Origin: Eledone cirrhosa
Lineage: Eukaryota
Assembly: GCA_964016885.1 (NCBI GenBank)
Contig: CAXHJY010000134.1
Coordinates: 31,800-95,799 of the forward strand
DNA: 64,000 nt
Reading direction: 5' to 3'
How positions within the stretch are numbered: the stretch's first letter is position 1; each line of letters opens with the position of its first letter. A model generated the notes under the pieces. It saw only the letters and a program-made list of their open reading frames with translations, made no database searches and was not told the DNA's origin. Positions 52,079 to 64,000 of this stretch are shown here, piece after piece. Made by a program: the position numbers and the translations under genes.

Positions 52079-55000
52079 CTACAGCCGCATGACCAGAGTA
52101 GGCCCACTCACACGGGCCATTCTCGCCACATTCACCCACCTTCCAGCAAATGTATTGGGGGGCAGCACTTCTCTCTCCACCCTAACCTTCCTTTCCAAGT
52201 GAAACTTGAAAAAGTTGATGAGGGATTGGCCGAAGAGAAAAGTGTCTTCAGTCCTTTCAACCTCGTCCACCATGCAACCTCTTTCGCTACTGCCACCAGA
52301 CAGAGGAAAATTGCCTGCCCTTCCTGGCCAAAAGAAGGCGGCGGGTTGATCTTCACTATGGACTCTGCCGATAGCCGGATCCGTTCTACACGCGACAACA
52401 GCTGTTCAACAAAACTCCACAAGTCAGTAATGCACGGACACTGGACGAGTGCGTGCAGAACGGTTTCGTCGCTCTGCGCGCATCTCGGGCAGGTCCGTCT
52501 GAGGTGCCTGTAGAGTTTATCTCGAACCGGCAGTGCCCCCCGGTAGCACTGCCAAGCGAGGGATTTTTGGAAATTATCCATCGTCCCCGGCTCGAAAGTC
52601 TTCCGGTACAGACTGGTTAGTTCGACTTCGTTGACTCCCAGAGCCTCTCCGAGTGCGTCGTCGCACTTGCCCACCACTAATCCTCTATAGAACTCGAGAG
52701 TGGAAGTTCCACTGACCGCATTGCCCGCCTGGTAGAGGGCAGTGAGTGCCTGGCAACATTCCAGATGCCAGTCACCCAGTCTCTTCTTGACCCAGGACTC
52801 AGTCAAAGAAACGAGCTGCGGAAAGGCCCGTCTGACAAACGGCGACCACACCTGTTCACCGTTTAGGCAGAATATCTGGAGATGCCGCAGCCTCAGCGCG
52901 TGCCTGCGCATCATTAGCCACGGCATGCCCAGCCCCCCACGTAGAGGGTGCTGGCAGCAGATGGACCGCCTCACCAGCGGAACCTGACCCCTCCACAAGA
53001 ATTTGAAGAGGAGCCGCTCCAAGATAGCGAGGCGCGAACGGGGGCAAGGGACGACAGTCAGACGGTAGTAGATGGCGGACGCGATGTACGCGTTCGCCAC
53101 CTCCGCCCGACCTTTCAGTGATAGCTTCATTCCAGCCCATTTCTGGGTGAGACTAACTACCCTTCCCGTCAACCTCGTCCCAATTCTTATCCACCTGGAG
53201 GTCTGGTCCGAACTAAACCCCTAGCAACTTTACCGGTCCGTCCGTCCAGCGCCTAACGACGCTGTTGGACGGCATGGACTTGCCTCTCCAGGTGCCGAGT
53301 TCCAAGCCTACTGACTTTTCCGGGTTAAGTTTCGCTCCCGTCAACCTTTCATATTCCTCCAATAAGTTGCCGACCACCTCGATTTCTGAGGTGTCCGACA
53401 CCATCACGGTGATGTCGTCCGCATAAGCCGACACGGCCTTTCCGCGTCCCGGTTCGAGCGGGATGCCCTGCAACAGCTCCAGCTTCCGCAGTAAAGGTTC
53501 GAGATTCAATACGTACAGAAGGGAGGAGAGAGGGCACCCTTGACGGACAGATCGGGAGACCTGAAGCGGTTCCGAGAGGTGGCCATTAATTTTGACCATC
53601 GAGCAGGTGCCGCTGTGCATTGCAGTGATCTAGCTTCTGAAGACGGGGCCGAAGCCAGCCACCTTGAGGACAGCCTCCAGGTACCGATGGTCGACCCTAT
53701 CGAATGCTTTCGATTGATCTAAATTGATCAGAGCCCCACCGAAGCCAGGTTTACACCCTACCCTCTCTATGATGTATCGTATTAGGTAGAGGTTGTCGTG
53801 TATGGACCTGGTTGGGATTGCGCAAGTTTGCGCCTCCCCAACCAAATCCCCGACGACAAGCGCCAACCTCTTCGCTAACACCCTGGCCAAAATCTTAAAC
53901 TCTGTGTTGAGCAGAGTTATGGGCCTGAAATTGTCTAAAGTGTCCCTCTTGTTCTCGTCTTTCCTTATCAGCGTCACTACGCCCCGGCTCACAGAACTGG
54001 GAATACTCCCGTTTTGCTGCCAGTTGCAGTAGAGCGCTTCGAGGAGATTGGAGAACAAGTCTGGCATATTTACGTAAAGCTCGTAGGGTAGACCATCCAA
54101 ACCGGGTGACTTGCGCCTCATGCAGCCGACAAGGGCATCCTGAATCTCGGCTGAAGTAATTGGCCTTTCGCAACGCCCAGCGTCAGCCGTCGAGAGTTGC
54201 GGCAAGCCATCGAGGTAGGGACTGAAGTCCGCCACCATCTCTGACCCCCCACTTCCCCCGAACAACCGAGCAAAATGTTGGCGAAAGGCCTCATACATCA
54301 GCTTGGAATCGCTCAGCTCGTGCCCGTCTCGGTCCGTCAAAGACCGAATCGTGGTTTTATTACCACGCTGCGCCTCTACCACGCGGGCCCATCGAACAGC
54401 TTTGGTTCCCTCGTTGTTCAGAGCACGCGCCTTAGCTCTGACAATGCAACCTTCGTGTTTCGCATTGAAGAAATGGTCTAATGCCATTCTCGCCGCTAGC
54501 ACATCAGTTGCAATGCCACTACCAATAGCCTCGTCTAACTTATCTACCAACTCCCCCTCCTTTCTATTTTTTTCTAATGCTACTTCTTTGCTAAACTCTA
54601 TCGACATTACTCTAATCTCTCTTTTGAGAGCCCCCCACCATCTATTGTTGACGACTCCGTCAACTTTTTCTTAACTAAATTGTTGACCTGGTCCCTGTAA
54701 GCCTTACGTGCCGGAAATGACATGTTTAGCTTCTAGTAACCAGGTCCTAACCTACGCGTCTTATCTAGGTCGACCATACAGATCACAAACTTGTGATCTG
54801 AATAGGCGACCGTTTCAAAACGTGGACAGCTTACACTATTTCTGTCTATTTTCCTAATGAATATCCTGTCTATATACGATCTAGATGACCCTATGTGGTT
54901 AGCCCAGGTCCACACTGGCGCATTAGGGAAATCTAGTCGGTACCTGTCAGACAGTTGGAACTGGCTGATCAGGTTCTTGAGGCTTTTGCACCTCCGGCTC

Positions 55001-55471
55001 CTATCGGATACTCCCACAGTCCCAGCGTGCGTCTAAAATGCCGTTCCAGTACCCCGCTAACAGTAAAGGGCGAGACGTACCCAGAAAGGCTTCCAGGCGT
55101 CTAAAGAAGTCCGGCCGTCCTTCCCCAGTAGGAGCATAGACGGTCACCAGTCTAAAGGCACCACCTTCATTATTGTTCACGTCCAGGACCACCAACTTCC
55201 CGTCCGGGTCCCGGAAGATCGACCTTACCTCGAGATCCAGGCCTTTCCTAAACAGCACTGCCACCCCGCCTCTCATTCCCGGCCGGCTAACAGATGCAAA
55301 GATCTGATAGTCGTCGAAAATGGGGGCTAGTGCGCGCGTGTCGGAAATCCTGGTCTTGCTGACTGCAATTACATCCATTTCTATAGACCTGAGGTCGTTG
55401 AGCAGGTGACCCTGCTTCCAGGACGATCCCAGGCCTCGAACATTTAAACATCCTACTCTTAATACGGCCAT
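52079..55471 (-). pseudogene. Tx1 #3 ORF2 (APE-RT-zinc finger), disrupted
   Basis: MAVLRVGCLNVRGL, VYAPT, SYIDR, SDHK, KSPGLDGLPYE, DQSKAFDRVDH, VRQGCPLS, YADD and CPRC..H..C. Confidence 0.9.
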
Positions 55472-55502
55472 GTTGGCAGGTTAAACAGAGAGAGAGAAAG
55501 GT

Positions 55503-57460
55503 TTACTTACCTTCCGGGCTCTTGTGAAGGTCGGGTTGTTCGACCTCCATAGTTAGTGGGGTTTCTTTTGGGAACCCCTTTAAAAGTCTTGAAGTGGGTT
55601 TTACGTTCGGGGTTCCCACGTCCCGAGGAAAGCTGTCTCGTATTTCTTTGAATATGTCGAGCGACATTCGCACCAGAACCAAATCTTCCGGCACGCGAAA
55701 TGTGCTCGATTTAAAAATTTCCCCCTCTTTTTGTATATTTTCACTTCGTGCTACGAGGGCCATCAATTCCTTGTTGGCCCTTCTGACGAGCACGAAGTTT
55801 TGTATGTTTTGTTGGTGATTTTATTTGTTTGCGTGGCTGTGGTGGTGATGGTTTTGGTGGTGTTGTTTCGGTTGTATCTATGTTTGTTGTGAGTGCGGTG
55901 TCTGTGGTTTCAGATGTTTGTGTGTATATTTGTTCTTGCGTCTGTTTCGGTTGTTTGCGTTTGGGGGATTCTGGATGGTGATGGTGGTGTTGATGTTGGT
56001 GTTATTGGAGAGATGTTTGCGTGGGTGGTGTCTGCGTTTTTTTATTGTGGGTGCTTGTGCTTTGTTGAGTTATTTTTTTCTCTTTGTGTTTCCTTTTTTG
56101 TATTTTGGGGGATTTGGGATTTCCCTCATTTTTACTACTGGTAGATGAGGGGTCTGTGTCTGTATGTATGTTTAAGGTTTTATTGGTGTGTGTATTTTTT
56201 TTTTGGGGGGGGGGGATTTGACAGCTTTCCTCGTTTCCCTCCTGGGTGGTCAATGTTGGTGGTGGTCTTTCTATTGGTGTTGTTGGTGGTTTTGCCGGTG
56301 CAGGTGTTGGTTGTGGTCCTCGCCCCGGCATCGGCAGCAGTGGAGCCTTTCGACCCCTTGCCTCTTTCAGCAGTTGAGGGCAGAAGGCTCGCAAATGGGT
56401 TTTTTCCCCACAAACAAAACACTGCGGCTTTTTGCCTTCGGTCATAAGGTGAATGACAGTCCCATTCTGAAGGCGGATGTGGTCTGGGATTGTCTTCACA
56501 TTCTCGGGCCTGATCTGGAGAAGGATCTCCAGGTCAACCCCGGACCAGTCCTCTCTGGCCGTTCTGGTCACTTCTATAGGGACTGTATCCGTCCCCTCCA
56601 CAATCACACATCCCAGAAGCCACCACATGTCAAGTCCTGGTGGGATTCTGGGAATGCGGAGACGAGCCGTTCTTTTTCCCATGTGGGAGGGGTACATTAT
56701 GACCTTGCTGGTTTTGCAAGGAGTCATGGCGTGTTTCATAGCGAGGGCTTCTGACTTGAACAACACCGAAATGGTGCCGTACTGTCTGCCCCTCTCTATG
56801 TACTGGGTGTCTTCTCTGATGCACCTCAGCGCGACTTCGATATCTTCTTGTGGGATTAACGCTGCCCTTTTGGTTTGTGCTGAGATGCATCTATAATGCA
56901 CCGTTTTGCGCTCCACTGCCTCAATAGCTTCTACCGGGACAGTTAAGTTGGCCCAAGTTTGCTCTTGCTTGATGAGCTTCCATGCCTGGGCCAACTTTTC
57001 ATCTTTGTTTGAGAGGGCCATATTGAAGCATGGCCTCTTTTTTGCTGCTGCCGCAGCGAAAGTGGTCTTGTTTTCGTTGGGGATGTTGTTGACGTTGTTC
57101 TTGTTGGTGTTGTTGTTAGCACTGTCGCTGTTATCATTGTTGTCTTTGTTGCCACCGTTGTTCTCGGTGCAGTTGGTATTGTTGCTGTTGGTGTTGTCGC
57201 TATTTGTTTTCATGTTAGTGGTGTTGATATTGTTGTTTTATTTGTTATTTTTTTTTGTTATCTGTATTTTCGTTGTCGCTGTTACTGTCATTTTTTTCAA
57301 AATTAGAGTTCTTATTGGTATCATTGGTGTCTTTGTTTACCTTGTTTGTGGTGGTGTTTGTGTTATCAATGTGTGTTAATTTCGCTGTAGCGCTCCTCTC
57401 AACTTCTACGTCGTTGTCGCACGACAGCCGACATATCGCTGGGGGGCGTGGCTCAGCCAT
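55503..57460 (-). pseudogene. Tx1 #3 ORF1 (Asn-rich N-terminus, TFAAAA motif, CCHC knuckle), disrupted
   Basis: MAEP start, TTFAAAAAK, EGKKPQCFVCGEKTHLRAFCP; ends EGK-stop. Confidence 0.8.
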
Positions 57461-57672
57461 GTTTTTTTTTCTTCGTAAATTTTTTAACATGTAAAAAAAA
57501 GTTCAAATATTTGGGCCAAAAGGCCAAAATATTATACTTTCCCCTTCACGGGGCAAAGTCTAAGGGCTTATATCCCTTACACAACAAGAAATATTTAACA
57601 ACAAATAATTTAAACAGGCAAATAAAGCGACTTACTGTGAGCGAGCAAAATACGTCCGCTTAGACCAATAAT

Positions 57673-58490
57673 AATTGTTTCTACTATTGGCACAAGGCCA
57701 GAAAATTACCCAGTACATTACTGGTACTTTATTTTATCGACCCCGTAAGGATGAAAGGCAAAGTTAACCTCGGCGGGATTTGAACTCAGAATGGCAAGGG
57801 CCGTAACTCTATGCGTCAAAGCATGGCGTCCGAACCTCTACCGATACTGCCAATCCACCGTAATAATAATAATAATTGTTTCTACTTTTGGCACAAGGCC
57901 AGCAATTGTCCCAGTGTATTACTGGTACTTTATTTTATCGACCCCGTAAGGATGAAAGGCAAAGTTAACCTCGGCGGGATTTGAACTCAGAAGGGCAATA
58001 ATAATAATAATAATAATAATAATTTCTTTATTGGCCACAATAAAGAAAGACATTACAGACGGCACAGGACGGCACGGTGTGGGTTTTGTGCGTGTAATGA
58101 TTTTTATTATTTATATAAGAAAATCCCGCCGAGGTTGACTTTGCCTTTCCTCCTTACGGGGTCGATAAAATAAAGTACCAGTAATGCACTGGGTAATTGC
58201 TGGCCTTGTGCCTAAAGTAGAAACAATTATTTATATAAGAAAAGAAAAAAAAAGACAGAAACATATATATATAAACAATAAAAATGAAAATTGAAACAAT
58301 GAAAAATAATAATTGTTTCTACGTTTGGCACAAGGCCAGCAATTACCCCAGTGCATTACTGGTAGTTTATTTTATCGACCCCGTAAGGATGAAAGGCAAA
58401 CTTAACCTCGGCGGGATTTGAACTCAGACCGTAAAGGGGCATGACTATGCTGGAAAGCATGGCGTCCGACCCTCTACCGATACTGCCAAT
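57673..58490 (-). mobile_element. Nested cluster of four SINEs and a Tx1 #1-family 3' end
   Basis: SINE(-) 57673-57860, truncated SINE(-) 57875-57996, Tx1 3'UTR 58021-58306 interrupted by SINE(+) 58124-58225 with 18-bp TSD, and SINE(-) 58311-58489. Confidence 0.85.
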
Positions 58491-58939
58491 AATAATAATA
58501 ATAATAACAACAACAACAGAAACAACAGTATTGTATTATTGTCGGCAGAGCCCATTCATTTATACAGTAAAACGCATTCAGAGTGGTTAAAAATATACGG
58601 GGATAATTACATGAATGTATTTAAACAGGATGGGGCGACGACGGACGTTACCCAATATATCAATACATGTTAAAACATTTAAATTACACAATAATTTATC
58701 AAGATGATTATATAAGAATCGTCATCATACGGATGTAAATAAAATATATATCGTTAGAAGCCACCAGCTATATTGAATTAAAACAATGCACGACACTGTT
58801 CGCCTGTCACGTGTGTCCACTCAAAAGTTCTTGTGAACACTTTCTGTGTTGGACGGGATAAAAACACCAAACGTCCTGTGAGAATGCCCGTTTTATTCCT
58901 AAGTGATCTTCAACAAGCTTCGGCTACATGCTCCTTACG

Positions 58940-59080
58940 TTGTGAGATCAAATTCCGTCGAGATTAACTTCGCCTTTCAGCCTTCCGAGGTAGATAAAAC
59001 GAAGTACCAGTCAAGTACGGGGGTTGATATAATCGACTTTCCCTTTCCCTGAATTGTTGCCTTGTGTCAAAATTAGAAGT
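58940..59080 (+). mobile_element. Degenerate long-variant SINE
   Basis: Diverged core and 3' CCTTGTGTCAAAATTAGAA. Confidence 0.6.
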
Positions 59081-59365
59081 CATTTCACTTCAGAGCGCTC
59101 AACTTTGACCTCAGGGGGACGTTGCTTATTCACAGGATTGTGAAGCTCAGACGGTCTCGTTTAGGAGCGGAATCCTATTCATGCATCTTATACACCTTAT
59201 GCTTTAGAATAATTGGGTTTCTTTTCTTTTTACTTTCGTCAAGGGTTTGCCATCCCTGTACATTCCATATTTGCTCCTTATCATCGCATGCCAATGGGGT
59301 GGTACTATTGGTAGGTAGGAGGGACTTAGCTTCTTGGCCCTCAAATTATCAATCATTTTCTTCTT

Positions 59366-59608
59366 CTAGGTCGGATTTCCTGCTAATTGGCTTCTGACAC
59401 TGAGTTTATTAGCCATCAGCAGAGTTGGAACCGGCGGTGTCTCACAAACAGCTTCTCCGGGACCCTGTTGCTGTTGTCTATGTTTCTGATACTGCTCAAC
59501 CTCCCCTCTTCTCATCTGCTTTTTTAGTCCTTTTGAGAAGAAAGTCTTCAAGTAGATTGTTATACTTCCACACATGAAACAGCTGGGATTTCTTTCTTGT
59601 AACATCAC
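59366..59608 (-). pseudogene. Tx1-like ORF1 zinc-knuckle remnant
   Basis: ERNPSCFMCGS...LKTF resembles the ORF1 knuckle of the other copies. Confidence 0.4.
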
Positions 59609-59715
59609 TGGTTCTCTTTCTTCTCTGTACGCACGGAGAGATACAGCTCTAAGATGGATCTGTGGCGTTCGGGTGTCATTAGGTCCTGCATGCCTATAAT
59701 AATAATAATAATAAT

Positions 59716-60325
59716 GCTTTCTTTATTAACCACAAGGGTTGACATAAAGTATAACATTAAGGACGGCTCAGGAGGGTACAAATGGGCATTTCTGCGTGTA
59801 AAGAAAAAACAATAACAAAGGAAATGACACAAAAAAGAGGGACACTCATGGAGAAAGCTCCTTAAAAAAGCCACGGTCACCCTGACCACCAGGGCAAGTG
59901 CCCTCTCCCAGTTTTTCACCTTCAATTTACAGGCGCAGACTCAGAACAGGCCCATTCACTCGGGCCATGCTTGACTCTTTCACCCATCTTTCAACAAATT
60001 GCTAGGAAGAGAGCACTTCCCTCTCTACCCTGATTTTACTTTTCAAATGAAATTTGAAAACGTTAATCAGGGCATCAGGGAAGAGGTAAGTGCTCGGCTT
60101 CAGCCCTTTCAAACAAGTCCCCCACACGACCTCTTTCGCCGTGGCCACCAGGCAGATAAAAACTGCCTGCCCTTCCCGGCTAAAGGAAGGCGGCTGGGCA
60201 ATCCTTGCGATGGAGTCAGCTGATAGCCGGATCCGTCCTACACGCGACAGCAGGTGTTCGACATAAACCCACAAGTCAGCAGTGCTCGGACACTGGAAGA
60301 GTGCGTGCAGGATGGTTTCGTCACC
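59716..60325 (-). mobile_element. Tx1 #4, 5'-truncated 3' fragment with (TTA)n tail
   Basis: ORF2 C-terminus (FKFHLKSKIRVERE) and 3' end CCCTTGTGGTTAATAAAGAAA. Confidence 0.85.
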
Positions 60326-60675
60326 CTTAGGTAGATAGAAGTAGATCGGACGACGTACGCTGCCTATTGTGGGGGGTAAGTTTTGTTTTCATTTTGTATT
60401 CCCAAACATCCAAATTCGACAAATTATTGCCTCAGTCAGAAGATGTGAAAGTTGCACAAATATTTTAATATATTTTCCCAATGCAATCGTTGTTTACATT
60501 TTATTTACACCCTAATGCATTTTAATTAAATATGGCTAAATTCAAAATTTAGAAAAGAAAACGGACAGATGAAAGAGAAACATCTCTCTGCTCCCACCAT
60601 CACATTTATGTCCACCTCCTCCCCAGCCTACTACCAAACTCCCGCTTCTTGCTGTGCTGAATGTGCGTAGGTAGG

Positions 60676-60706
60676 TATGTATATATATACATATATATAT
60701 ATACAC

Positions 60707-60737
<31 letters not shown>

Positions 60738-60866
60738 CATATATACATATATATATATATACATATATACATATACATATATATATATACATATATATAT
60801 ATACATATATATATACATATATATATATACATATATATATACATATATATATACATATATATATAC

Positions 60867-60897
<31 letters not shown>

Positions 60898-60900
60898 CAT
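60676..60900. repeat. (TA)n/TACA microsatellite
   Basis: Direct reading. Confidence 0.95.
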
Positions 60901-61539
60901 AATGTAGGAGGTGAGTTTTATTGTAGTACAATAAAGCAATGCAGATATCGGATAAGAAGCACTCTACAGTTTGTAGGACTGGAGTATACATAATATATAA
61001 GATCAAAAGATGGTTAAAGGAGTTCCATGTATTTTATTATGCGCATTTCAAAAAGAAACATCATCATGCAATAATATTTGTGTTTTCATCAGATAAAACA
61101 AGAGAACATGATATGAAGGCTAAAAAACACTTGTGGATAGTGCAGTTTTAAATCAACATATGAAAAGTAGTTTTAGATTGATGTGTGATATTGGGAAAAA
61201 TATTTTATTTAGAGAGGGGGGTGGGTGGAAAGGATGAAAAAAGGGGAGGAGATGAGAGTGAAGGTGGAGAGGGAGAGATGGGTGATAGAGAGAAAGAGAT
61301 AGATTTTATAACTGAGAAAAGATATATTGTTTTACATAGAGAGGTTGAGAACCGTTGGAAGATAATGTATAAATTAAAAGAATTTGAAAATTAACGAAGG
61401 GAAAAAAATATGTACGAGGAAAGAGAGGGATTAAAAAGTTTGAAGATAGAGAGAAAAAATAATAATTGCGGATGAATGTTCTAACGTCAAAAGGTGTATG
61501 TTTATAAGTATTATGGCAATTTCAAAATTAATGAAGAGA

Positions 61540-61734
61540 AAAAATTATTAAGGTTTGCGTGTTGAAGGATTTGAGAAAAAATAATGTGAAGTTAAAGTTT
61601 GTATATTGAAGGAATTGATAATATGTGCGAAGAAAGAGTTAATATATATTAAAAAATTATTAAGGTTTGTGTATTAGATGATTTGAGAAAAACAATGTGA
61701 AGTTAAGGTTTGTATATTGAAGGAATTGATAATA

Positions 61735-61738
<4 letters not shown>
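61540..61738. repeat. ~87-bp direct duplication
   Basis: AAAAATTATTAAGGTTTG...GGAATTGATAATATGT at ~61540-61626 and ~61652-61738. Confidence 0.8.

Positions 61739-64000
<2,262 letters not shown>

Larger units (their letters stand above)
51818..57666 (-). mobile_element. Tx1/L1-clade LINE #3, apparently full-length but frameshifted, (TTA)n tail
   Basis: 5'UTR from ~57666, ORF1 and ORF2 fragments in order, and 3' end CCCTTGTGGCCAATAAATGAAA. Confidence 0.9.

Overview
This is AT-rich, microsatellite-dense eukaryotic DNA. The recurrent tRNA-derived SINE resembles Octopus SINEs I recall, so an octopus or other coleoid cephalopod is likely, but this is not verified. No complete host gene is visible, only one or two weak candidate terminal exons. 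The window is mostly non-LTR retrotransposons: three large Tx1/L1-clade elements plus fragments; an R4/Dong-clade element (RT plus restriction-like endonuclease) with two further fragments, all in (TACA)n; an RTE-clade LINE with an almost intact ORF in (TA)n; and a ~580 bp internally deleted RTE derivative in several copies. There is also a Penelope-like GIY-YIG element arranged as a 2.8 kb palindrome with hammerhead-like motifs, about 15 SINEs, several MITEs, a Helitron fragment and putative solo LTRs. The most notable observations are: (1) a conserved AG|GTAAGT + pyrimidine tract + CCAACATGGC module between ORF1 and ORF2 in three diverged Tx1 families; (2) a twin-priming-type 5' inversion in the RTE element; (3) shared SINE/Tx1 3' ends and a TTAT target; (4) each retroelement family associates with its own microsatellite. 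Coordinates were read by eye and may be off by a few bases.
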